Source of the DNA: Candidatus Falkowbacteria bacterium
GTDB taxonomy: Bacteria; Patescibacteriota; Patescibacteriia; CAIXNZ01
Length of the DNA stretch: 64,000 bases
Reading direction: 5' to 3'
Assembly: GCA_963774955.1 (NCBI GenBank)
Contig: CAVZGV010000003.1
Location: forward strand, 771 to 64,770
The notes under the pieces were generated by a model that did no database searches, had not been told where the DNA came from, and worked only from the letters and a program-made list of their open reading frames with translations. A program made the translations under genes and the position numbers. Positions within the stretch are counted from its first letter, which is position 1. Each line of letters begins with the position of its first letter. This document shows, one piece after another, positions 8,440 to 20,000 of this stretch.

Positions 8440-11028
8440 ATGCTTAAAAATTTTCTCTTGGCGCCAGTAAAAAGCCGGGAGCAAAAAAATCATAAATTTG
8501 ACAATAAGACTGCCAAAGCATTATTGATAGTTGTTTTGTTTACGGCAGTTTTTTTGTTTGTGGCTCCGGCTTTAGCCCAAACTCAGGATATTACAGGTCT
8601 AAGCTATGCTCAATACACCGGGCTGGGTACTCAGGATATCCGGATTACAATTGCTAATTTAATCAGGATATTTTTTGGACTTTTAGGTTTGGTCGCCGTT
8701 GTGATTATACTTTACGGCGGTTTTTTATACATGACTTCGCAGGGAAATCCTGAGGTAATTCAAAAGGCGAAAAAAGTACTTATCGGCGCTTTTATCGGCC
8801 TGCTTATCTGTTTATTGGCTTTTGCTATTGTTCAATTTATAATAACCGCTATTTTAGGCGGAGGCGGCGGCGGAGAAGGTGGAGTCGGCGGTGGCTGGGG
8901 CGGTGGCGGCGGCGCTTTAGGTTCAGGCATTATAGAAAGCCATTATCCGGCACGCGATGCAGTCAATATTCCGCGCAATACAAAAATTGCCGTTACTTTT
9001 AAAGAGGCAATGTGTCTGACTAGTATAGTCAATGCCGAGACTGGTAATAAGATTAACACAGATAATATAAGAATATATCCGACGCCGGAAGGCAACAACG
9101 AGCCTGTTTATGTCCAGGATGTTAACGCTTCTTATACTGATGACTTAAAGACTTTTGTTTTCAGGCCTGTTAATTATCTGGGCAGTTCAGGTGCGCCTAT
9201 GCGTTATACTGTGGAATTGACTGAAGATATTACCAAATTTGGCTGTAGTAATCCGGCTTTTGGAGTCTTCAGGAATTATGCCTGGAACTTTACTGTTTCT
9301 ACGGAAATAGACAATACGCCACCGCAGATTAAGTCGGTCATTCCGTATCCGGCTGAAGAAGTTGATCGTAATAATATTGTGCAGATTAATTTTACCGAAC
9401 CGATAGACCCGATGACTTTACGAGGGGTAGTGCAACTGGACGGAGGTAATAATGTGACGGTGGGCAGTTTGCAGACCGGTACATATAATTACATAAATGT
9501 TTGTGCCGCGGCAGATTGTTCTGCGAGCAATAAATTTATTGCCGGTGAATTCAGATATTCAAATCAGTATCAGACTGTAGAATTTATCACTAATGATCTT
9601 TGCGGTAAAAACAGCTGTGGCGGTGATGTTTATTGTCTGCCGGGTTTGGCTGATATATCTGTTTTGGTCAAAGCCGCCAGTTTAATCCAGGCTGAAGAAA
9701 ATACTGCGCAATTTCCGTATAACGGTCTGGTTGATATGGCTGATAATTCTTTGGATGGTAATTTAGATAATAAATCTGCGGGGCCAAGCGCTACGCCTTA
9801 TAGCCTCAACGATAATTTGGTGGGCGGCGAATATGTAACTGCCGCCGGTGAGGGTGATAATGCTATCTGGGATTTTAGTACGACCGATAAAATTGATTTG
9901 ATACCGCCTCAGATCAGCGTGACTACTCCTTCGGCCAATACAAAAGATGTTGACCCTGACGATATTTATACAATTGATTTTGATAAGGTCATGATGTCCA
10001 GCACTTTGAAACCAAACGGGAATTATAACGGACAAACCACAGAGACTATTTATATAAATAATTTATTGGATGGATTGCAGGGTTACTATCGTTTTACGAC
10101 TAGTGCTATAGACGATTCTGGTGCTAGCCATGATGGTACCCTTATGGGTACGGCTTCCATTGTAAATGGAGAATTAAACGTTACAGGCAGTAGTAATAGC
10201 TCTGTTACTACCAGCTTTAAAATAGATCAAACATCCGGTAAGACTGCTACTTTTTGCGCTTGGGCAAATCCCAGAGGAGCGACGACTTGGCAGGGTAATG
10301 ATTTAATTTCTACAGATAATGCCGGTTATGATTGGGCAATTGATATTATACCGTCAGGATATTGGCGGGTGGCAACCGGTAAAAATTATTGGACTGCTAA
10401 TAATCAATTTCCAGCTAAATTGAACCAGTGGCAGTATGTTTGCGCTGTATTTACGACTGACAATGTTTATATATATGTAGATGGCATCGCCGCCAGTTAT
10501 GGTCAGGCGCCCGGGTATGATAGTAGTGTTAATTTTTTTACTATTGGCGCAAATCCTTCATTTCCCCCTGAAGTTTTTGACGGTAAAATTGACGCTGTTG
10601 TTGTTTATAACCGGGCTTTGGGTCCTGAAGAAATAACTGCTTTATATAATTTGGGTAAAGACGGAGATGTCTTGAGTTATCAGGGGCAACCAGTCACTCA
10701 GGTTCAGGAAGGTGAAAATTATATTACGTTAATTCAGTCGGCAGTCCCTGCCGGTCAGGAATCAGGCTATTGGATAGAAAAGGAGGAAATTACTGTGGCT
10801 AGCATACTGAGAACCAGAGCCTTAATGAAAACAACGGGTTTAGGTGAAAATCTCAGATATGGCCTGAAAATAAGTTCTAATGTTTTAGATATTAAACAAA
10901 ATTGTTATTTGCCGTGTTCCGGCCCTGGCTGTGTCAGGCGAGAAGTGCCTGGTGGTAAGCCGGGTCAATATGTGCAGGGGACACCTTGGCAGGGTACTTA
11001 CCCGACCTGCAATATCCCGCCGCAGTAA
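8440..11028 (+). CDS. Pilin-module adhesin paralog A2 (862 aa). Same N-terminal 510 aa as A1, but it carries an inserted LamG/ConA-like lectin domain and lacks the A1 C-terminal extension.
   Basis: Intact ORF. The first ~1.55 kb and 40 nt of upstream sequence are nearly identical to A1. A LamG_3-like block lies at ~10060-10665 (HDGTLMGTASIVNGEL...WQYVCAVFTTDNVYIYVDG...FDGKIDAVVVYNRALGPEEITALYN). Confidence 0.8.
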   Translation: MLKNFLLAPVKSREQKNHKFDNKTAKALLIVVLFTAVFLFVAPALAQTQDITGLSYAQYTGLGTQDIRITIANLIRIFFGLLGLVAVVIILYGGFLYMTSQGNPEVIQKAKKVLIGAFIGLLICLLAFAIVQFIITAILGGGGGGEGGVGGGWGGGGGALGSGIIESHYPARDAVNIPRNTKIAVTFKEAMCLTSIVNAETGNKINTDNIRIYPTPEGNNEPVYVQDVNASYTDDLKTFVFRPVNYLGSSGAPMRYTVELTEDITKFGCSNPAFGVFRNYAWNFTVSTEIDNTPPQIKSVIPYPAEEVDRNNIVQINFTEPIDPMTLRGVVQLDGGNNVTVGSLQTGTYNYINVCAAADCSASNKFIAGEFRYSNQYQTVEFITNDLCGKNSCGGDVYCLPGLADISVLVKAASLIQAEENTAQFPYNGLVDMADNSLDGNLDNKSAGPSATPYSLNDNLVGGEYVTAAGEGDNAIWDFSTTDKIDLIPPQISVTTPSANTKDVDPDDIYTIDFDKVMMSSTLKPNGNYNGQTTETIYINNLLDGLQGYYRFTTSAIDDSGASHDGTLMGTASIVNGELNVTGSSNSSVTTSFKIDQTSGKTATFCAWANPRGATTWQGNDLISTDNAGYDWAIDIIPSGYWRVATGKNYWTANNQFPAKLNQWQYVCAVFTTDNVYIYVDGIAASYGQAPGYDSSVNFFTIGANPSFPPEVFDGKIDAVVVYNRALGPEEITALYNLGKDGDVLSYQGQPVTQVQEGENYITLIQSAVPAGQESGYWIEKEEITVASILRTRALMKTTGLGENLRYGLKISSNVLDIKQNCYLPCSGPGCVRREVPGGKPGQYVQGTPWQGTYPTCNIPPQ
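10060..10665 (+). other. LamG / concanavalin-A-like lectin domain cassette, present in A2 and absent from A1.
   Basis: Motif pattern typical of the LamG_3 family, ending in the ...iDeV.iYNrALs.eEI..lY box. Confidence 0.6.
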
Positions 11029-11052
11029 ATTTTAATAAATTGATTTTAATTT

Positions 11053-14000
11053 ATGAGGAGGTTCAATATAAAAAATTTGTTTCTTTTAGGCCTGATTTGT
11101 TTGGGTTTATTTGTGGTTGTTAATTTCGTTAGTGCTCAGGGTTCGACCATTGATCCTGGACTTAATTATGTCGGCCCTAATATTGGCATGGGTACTCAGG
11201 ATATTAGAATTACTATTGCCAATATCATCAGAATACTTTTAGGTATTTTGGGGCTGGTTGCGGTGATAATCATTATTTACGGCGGAGTTTTGTATATGAC
11301 AGCGGCCGGTGAGGTAGAAAAAATAAAAAAGTCCAAGCAATTGATAATCGGCGCGGTTATTGGCTTAATTATTGTTTTATCAGCTTTTACCATCGCCAGT
11401 TTTATAATCAGCAGTATTCAGAACGCAACCGGACCCGGAGGAGGGCCAGGAGAAGGGCCAGGGCCAGGACCAGGACCGGGACCAGGGCCAGGACCGTTAA
11501 CTGGTTTTTGTCAGGATCCGGATTTGACTTCAGATGCCCCTTATATTTGCAGCTTATCGCCGAAACAGGCGAAAAAAGGTGATTACGTTACTATATTGGG
11601 CGGTAAATTTTTAGATTATGATAATGCCAATAGTAAAGTAGTTTTTGTAAAAGAAGGTGATACAACAGAAACAGAATATCCGGCCACTATTGTTTTATGC
11701 GCCAGTAATCCATCCTGGAAAGACTATGAAATTATAATTGAAGTGCCTAATGATTTGCCCGCAGGACCCGGCTTTAATATTTATGTAAAAAATGCCAAGG
11801 GGACCAGTAAAGATAAGCTTGTCGGCGCTTTAGATCCAAGCCATAAATTTACTTTGCTTGACGGTCAGCCTGGCCCGGGTATTGCTTGTTTAGAGCCTGA
11901 TGCCGCCAATAAGAATTTATCAATAAAAGTTTACGGTAAGCGCTTTGGAGCAGAGCAGGGTACCAGTAAATTCACCTTTACTGAAAATGCCTTAGCCGAA
12001 ACAATCGTCGGCTGGAGTGATACTGAATTAACCAGCGTTAGTGTGCCGGCAACTGCAATTAGCGGCAATGTTTTTGTCACCGTCTCAGATCAAAATAGTA
12101 ATGGTGTGTTTTTTAGATACACCTGTAATGTCAGTGATGATTGCGTCTCCACCTGTTGTACTGAAACGTATTTCGGAAAAAGCTGCGCAGCTGCTAATTA
12201 TTGTCTGCCTGGTCCTGGGGAAAGCTGTAACGGAGATACTACAGGCGGAACTTGTCAGCCGACCGAATGTCGGCCAGACTCTGTCTGTGATACAACGACT
12301 TGTGATTGTCGCTATCCACAGTCAGGTGATCCTTGCGATGCAGACCTCAACACAGCAGCCTGTCAGCCTGACGCCGCTAAATGCGGTTCAGGTTTATACT
12401 GTGCGCAAGCGAGCTGTACTTGTGCGGAAATGCCGCAAATAACCAAAGTTGAACCCAATGACGGCGCTCCTGGTAATTTTGTGACTATTTGGGGCAAGGG
12501 TTTTGAAAATAATATGGTCAAACCTGAGGATATAGTTTTTAAATCTGATTTTGATTCCGAGGCCGGCAAAGTAGGCTGGAGCTTTGATACCGGAGTATCC
12601 GGGGAGGGTGAAATCCGTACGGATGGTAAGTCTTATTCAGGTTCATCTAATATTTATCTGCGCATGCCCCAGACTGCCGAGGCTAATGATCTCTTATCAG
12701 CTTATTTGGAAGTAGCTGAAGCTTTGAATCCGGATTTGCGGCTCAATGAGGAAGATGTTCTTGTTTTTCAGTTTAAGTACAAAGGAACAGTGTCTCAAGG
12801 TTCAAGTTTTAGCCTTGGTTATATAGATAATAACAATCAAATTCATACTTGGGCTTATATGTCAGTAGGGACTTTTGAAGATTGGGATACTTATAATTAC
12901 GTAATTTATTCTATCCCTATTAATGCGGAAAAAATATTTATAACATTAAGGAGTACAGGAACTCAAGCAGAAGATAGTGAAATGTATATTGATGATGTTC
13001 AGGCATTTAGATTGCCTGAATACGGCGAAGTTAGGTTTTGCGGCCAGGGTGGCTGTGGCAATTCTGATGATAGAATTGCCCGTATGCCTATATTTGTGGC
13101 ACCTTTTTGTTCAGCTGACGGAATTTGGACTGACAATCAGATAATTGTTGAGGTCCCCCTCGGCGCTGGCTCCGGTCCACTTCAGGTGACAACAGTTAGC
13201 GGACTCCAGGATGCAACCAATGATGAAAATGGTGAGCAACTTTCAGATTTTGAGATTAATACTATTAAGAGGCCGGCTATGTGCAGACTATTTCCTGCTC
13301 AAGGTGTCTATGAACAAAGAGTTGTAATCGGAGGTATAAATTTCGGGACAGCTCTAGGTGAAGTTTTAATCGGCGGTACAAGTTTTAATACTATGTTGAG
13401 ATCTACAGTCCCGCCTTCGCGTTGGCCTAATTATATTTGGTATGACCAGATTATTGCTCAGTTAGCGGTACCGTTATTAAGCGCAGGTACTTACCCTGTG
13501 CAAGTGAAAGTTGGTGATGAATTCAGTAATCCCATGAATTTTAAAGTTTTACCGAACGTAGGCGCCCCGCATATTGACGCGATTGACCCGGTTCAAGGTC
13601 AACCAGGTCAGTATATTACTATCTTGGGCAGTAATTTCGGTAATCAACCCGGTTCAGTTAAATTTAATAATAATGAGCCATTGAAGGATAACTGGACATC
13701 TGGTGATATTTCTTTTCCGGCTCAGTGTCAAAGCAATTATTGGCATGATACATATATCGTGGTAAAGGTTCCGTCCGGACTGTCTACCGGCTTGATTGAT
13801 GTCGTGGTTAAGGCCGGTGAAGTATTTTCCAATACCACAAAATTCACGATTTGTGCTGCCGGTTCAGGCACTTGTCCATTGACCCCGGGAATTTGTGCTA
13901 TAAATCCCAAACAGGGGCCGGTGGGTTTAAGCGGAGTTACTGTTTATGGTGAAAACTTTGGTGATTATTTAAATACTAAAAGTCAAATCGTTTTTAATGA

Positions 14001-17000
14001 AGTTCCTGTCAGCGATGTTATTGGCTACTGGACTAATACCATGATTGGTCTGGGTTCGAATTTAACAGCAGCAGCTAATCCGCCGATCGTTGTGCCGGAG
14101 ACTACCAGCGGTCCGGTGCAGGTAACTGATAAAAACGGTATCCTTAGTAATACTATTAAATTTGAAGTTTCTGACTGCCGTATTGATGCGACAGTTTGTG
14201 CTGAAGGAACTAAATGTTGCGGTACTGGATCTTGTCTGGCTGAATGTCCGGTGGCAACTGTTGCCTCTTGTTCATATAATTGGAGCTTTACCACGGGAAC
14301 CAGGACACCTTATTTCGGACCTCCTTATGTGGTTGAAGATTCCGGTTGTACCAATAATACCCAAAGTCCGTCGCCCTGGATTTCTTCGGAAAATAATTGT
14401 GTTGATGCTTTGATTTCCGCCAGATTCAGACAGCCTGCGCAAAACGGAGATGTAGATGCCAATATTTTAACCTCCACCTTAATCCCCGATAATATTAAGG
14501 TTGTACCCTGCGGTAGCGCCGATGTTTTTGATGATGCAAATTGTGAGACAGCGGGCATCGCTGGTCGCGATATTAATCCGATTGAAGTGGAAAACCCCCA
14601 TGTCTTAGTGACTGGCGGTCCTACGGTAACCAATAAATTTACTTTTTATCCCAAGTCTTCCTTACTGCCAAATACTTGGTACAAGGTGGTTTTAAAAAGT
14701 AATCCCAGCACTAACCTTGGTATTAAAACAAATAATGATGTCTATCTGGACGGTGATAAAGACAGCCTGGACGGGGGAGATTACAGCTGGTATTTCAAAA
14801 TCAGAAATTCGGCGGATGAATGTCCGATTGATAAAGTTTTGGTTTCCCCTCCAACTGCCAAGCTTACTTTAATTACTCAAACGCAGGAATATAGCTCGTA
14901 TCCTATTGCCATGAATTGCAATATTTTAAATCCGGCTAATTATACCTGGAATTGGTGGAAGAAATATAGTGATGGCCATGAAGAAAATGCCGCTGACACT
15001 GATGGCGGTTATGGCGTGGCCACGCTGGCGCCAAAAACTCCGCCGCCTCAATTTATTGGCAGCTATAGCTATAAACAGCTGGCCACACCCAAAAAACAAG
15101 GCTTGGTCTATGTGGCGGTTAATATTTTTCCGAGTGAGCCTGCTAAATATAAAGAAGATACCAATAATACGCTGGTGGTTGATTTTAATATTCCCAGTAT
15201 AATTGATTTTTATCCCAAAGACGGTATTAATCAGGCGGAAGTTAATTCTTATGTAACAATTGAAGGTATAAATTTTGGTCAAAGTCAGGGCGACAGTCAG
15301 GTTTTATTCGGCGAAGCGCAAGCTCAGCTGGCAGACTGTGTTGATTCTTGGACAGATAAAAAGATTAAAGTAATTGTGCCCAAGGCCGGGCCCATTCAAA
15401 GTTCAGGCTTAAAAACACTGGCGACGCCCGAGCCAGTCAGCTTTAATAATAATCTTATTTTAGGCTATAATTTTGATGAAAATGATGATGTCTTGGTCGC
15501 TGATATTACCGGCAATTATCAGGGTGAGATTGTTAACGGATCCAAAGTAGATTCACAATTTAATAAAGCTTTACAGTTTAACGGCACTGATACTTATGTT
15601 CGAATCGGAGGCAATATCCAAGCAGCTTCTGGCAGTATTGAATTTTGGTTTAAACCCGAAGCCAGCGGAGTTCTATTTTCAGCTATGGGGCAGGCAGGCA
15701 ATGATTTTACTATCAGTTATAATGCTGCTGCCACGTTGGGAGTTATTAAAAATAATCAATGGAATCATGTAGTCTATACCTGGGATCAGGCCAAAATCGA
15801 AGACAATTTGTATATAAACGGGATAAGGCTAAGCGGAATTAATAATCCGGGCCTTGATATTGCCGGCGCTTTTATCGGGGTGAATAAAATCAGTTATATG
15901 TTGGGAACCCAAGAATCCGGCGGGTTAAGAATCAATTATTTTAAAGGGCAACTTGATGATTTTGCCATTTATAATAAGGTTTTAAGTCAGCAGGAAGTTT
16001 GGACAAATTTCGGGCTGACACCGGGACAAATTGTTTTGTTAAATTTTGAAGGAACTGGGTCGGAAATTTTAGATTCATCACTTAATAATTTTGTCGGTAT
16101 GGCTGTTGACAACCAGAATGTAAGTTTCCGGACAGCTGAAGGCAAATATGGTCAGGCCATTACTTTTGATAATAATAATCGAATAAATATTATAAATAAT
16201 CCCTCTTTGTCTTTTGATAATCAGTTTACTATTGAGGGCTGGTTTAAAATTCCCACCTTAAATTCTAACACTATTTTCGAGGCGAATAATATTAAACTGG
16301 GGGTTAACTCCGGGAATCTTAGGCTGGAATTGAAGCTTGATGTCGGCAATCGCTATCTGAATTTAGGCTTAGTTACGACGGGGGCAGACAAAAATTTTGA
16401 TATTAATGCCTGGAATTATTTTGCCGGGGTCTATGACGGAGAAAAAATCAAACTTTATTTGAATAGTTCAGAAAAAGAATATGCTACGGTTGGCAAGATA
16501 TTTCAGGAAGCAGACTTTAATAAAGCATATATCGGGGGTATCGGTAGTTCTTTTCAAGGCTCCTTGGATAATTTAGCCCTATATAATCGGGCATTATCCT
16601 CGGCGGAAATTAATAGCCGTTTGGGCGCTAAAGATAAATCTTTTATTAAAGTGGTTACCAGTTTTGGCCAGGCTATAAGCGATTTTAATAATAATGGCAT
16701 CAAAGATCCGGGTGAAATTTATACTTATAGTAATAATATTTATCCTTTCTTGTGTGCCTTGCAGCCAAATTTCGGGACTGAAGGGACAACTATCAACGTC
16801 AGTGGTGATAATCTTGGTAATAATAATAAAACTATTTATCAGAACAAACAATACGGTATTGGCAGCTATATTAAGTTCAATTATCCGAGTTTGCCTGTTT
16901 TGGACAACAACAAAATAAAGACCTGGACTAATAAGGCTCTGAGTTATGTAAATCCATTTACCAACGTGGACAGTCCAGTTATCAAGGTTTTTGCCACCAT

Positions 17001-20000
17001 TGATCCTTATTCCGAACCTTATAATGATCAAGAAAATGACGGACAGTTTATCGATGGGATGGATACTGACTACGCCGATATTAAGCCAGAACCAAACGGC
17101 AATGGTGTTTATGATAAATATAATTATTCTGTTTACGGCGGAAACGGTGACCAGCCTGAATTAGCCAGTAATACCGTGGATTTTTTTCAGCCGCCAGTAA
17201 TTGTCAGCCTGTCTCCTGATAATGGTCCGGTTAATCAATGGGTTACAATTTACGGTTATAATTTCGGTATTTTTGACCCGGAGATAAGTAAAGTACAATT
17301 TTATAATAATATTACCGGGCGCGTCATCGGCTGTCCTGATCCTGTTTGGTTTGATGATCATATTATTGTGGAAGTTCCGGTAGAGGCTCAATCAGGAGCA
17401 GTCAAAGTAATTACTGCCCAGGGTTTGGTCAGTAATGAAAAACCCTTTAAGGTAAACAATAATCCGTTGGGCGCAGGATTATGCGCTTTTCAAGATTTAT
17501 TGGGTGAACCGAAATTTAACGGCCGACCGACTGACCCGATTAAAGCAATTGGGGTGCGCTTTGATGCTGTCCAGGGCCAAAATAATTTGATTTTCAATGA
17601 TAAGCAAAATGCTCCGATTGCTGACCCGGCGGATTGGGCGGATTCGGAAATTATTTCTACTGTGCCGGTCAGTGCTGAAAGCGGCTTGGTTTATGTTAAT
17701 AAAAAAGTGGAATCAGGCAGAAAGTGCGTGGGCTTTAGTATTGCCAGCTGGTGTCCGAGTAATAAGTACGATGTTTTATATACTGATGTGCCTAGTAATT
17801 CTCTGCCTCTGGAGATTCTCAATCTCTGCGAAAGCGGTTATTACGGGACCTTGGAAGCCCGAGAAAAAGCGTTCCCAATAGAAACTTTTACCCGCGCAGA
17901 TGATAATGCCCCCAAAATAGAATTTTCCGATCTTAATATGGGCGTTTTAGCTTCTGACGGCACTTATTTGTATGCGATGTATCAGAGTGTTAATCTTTGG
18001 GGATATTCATTCTTTGGTAATCCTAATGAGGATAATGTCATGACAATCTGGAAAATCGGGTCAGGTTATAATGGCACGGAATTGGGCCGAGTTTATAAAA
18101 AATATCAGGCCACCCGAAAGCTTCTTTATCCTGATGCCGGAACATATGTTGCGGAACTTTCAGCGCCAACGGGGACCAGTTCATTAATTTATACCCCGAC
18201 CGGACTTTATGTCGGTTATGAAAATCATTTTAAGACTAGGAGCTGGCTGCCGACGACTCATCCTGATTATAAAAAGAACTGGTGGGGTATTGCCAAAATA
18301 AAATTTAATGAAGCCAGCAGTACATATGACTGGGAGATGCAAGAAATTCCTCAGGGTTTGGTTCTGGATTATTATCCTACCTGGCCAATTGTGACTAATG
18401 CAAGTTCTTCCTCTGCTAGTAATCGTTTGATGTTATATTATACCGGTAGCAATATTTTAGTTATTAGTAGAGATAATAATTTACCGGGTTTTGTCATTCA
18501 GGTTTTAAACAATGATTGGCTACAACTAGGTTTAACGTCTGTTAAAAATGCCGAGGCTAATTTTTATTCTTATAATGCTATTGTAAATACGTATTGGAAT
18601 TACACTGCAACTTATCCACAAGGTGTTGCTGATGAGCAGTATTTTTATAATATTTATAGTAACAGGGTAAATATTATTGACTGGCGTACAGGAGAGTGGG
18701 TAGGCAGGTTTGGTAATTACGCCGCGTGGACAGTTGAACAGAATGGCGTTTATGACTGGAAAAATCAAAAATACTGGTTTGGCACCAATAGAAATGATAC
18801 CCCAATTACTTGGACCTCCAATCCAGCTTATTATTCGCAAATAGTGCCGTTTACCTATGATGCTAACGGCAATCTGTCTAGCAACCATAATCGTATTTAT
18901 CGCTATGAAAAATGTCAGACTCCGATAGTCGGTTTTTGCCGTTCTGATCTTGATTGCCAGCAAGGCGGCATGTGTACGAACAGTAGATGTGAAAACGGGC
19001 AATGTACTCCGGAAATTAAGTCTTTTTCGCCGCTAGAAGGAGCAGTCGGTACTTGGATGACAATCAGCGGCTGTCATTTCGGTTGTCAGCCGGGGCAAGT
19101 ATATTTCAGCGGCGGAACATCACTTGACCAAGTATCAACTGATGGTTTATTGGCGGGCTACACCTTTGATTCAACGGAAAATAACGGATTATTCAGGAGT
19201 TCTTTTACCAACCCAGACATCAGCAGTCAACTGGTTGGTAGCGCTACCATCAGCAATGGGGTCTTGAATGTTACCGGTGATGGCTACTTGGATTTAGATA
19301 ACAGACTGGCTCAGGCTCAATATTTTGGCGGTACTGAGACCGGGAAAATGACCTTGCTGATGAAAGTAAAAACCGCTAGTTTCTCGGCCGGTAATATAAT
19401 TAATTTATCCAGGTATATCAAAGGTACGAATTATTTTGCCCTGCAGCCAAGTACCGGAGATCAGACTCAGCTTCGTATTTATGTTAAGACCAAAACTGTC
19501 GATCGGTCGATCTATTCTGCGGGGAAGATCTTGCGTAATGAATGGAATAATATCGCTTTTGTTATGGAAGCAGGAATCGGCTATAAAATTTATATTAACG
19601 GAAAGCTGACGGATGATGTTCCAGCGGCTGACCTTATATTATACAGCTGGAATGGTGATACTGCACTTGGTATAGGGTATTCTAAATTTATTGGCCAGAT
19701 TGATGATTTCTTTGTTTATAACCAGGCTTTATCCGCTGAGGAAATATTAAAATTTTCCTTAGGTGCCAAAGGACTGGAGCTGGCTGATCCGGTTTGCTGG
19801 CCAAATTGGAATTGTTCTTCTACCGGAGGTTATGATGAAGTGACCGTGGAAGTGCCTAATCGTCGGACACCTACCAATTTAGCTGATGATGCGCTAACCG
19901 GGCCAGTTCAAGTGGTCACTGCGGCTGGGTTAGTGGATAGCAGCAATGATTTGCCGCTTGCTCCGACTCCGACGCCGCCGACGCCGCCGACAGCGCCAAG

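Noticed and set aside
5004-10000. Possible diversity-generating retroelement (DGR) targeting the duplicated lectin-containing genes.
   Set aside because: There is no reverse transcriptase gene in the window. Differences between the A1 and A2 copies are a mix of synonymous and non-synonymous changes, not adenine-specific.
12041-12442. 133-aa ORF in an alternative frame inside gene B, plus many other 60-150-aa ORFs on both strands within the giant genes.
   Set aside because: They lie entirely inside long, domain-rich ORFs in other frames. There is no RBS and no recognisable motifs. These are frame shadows.
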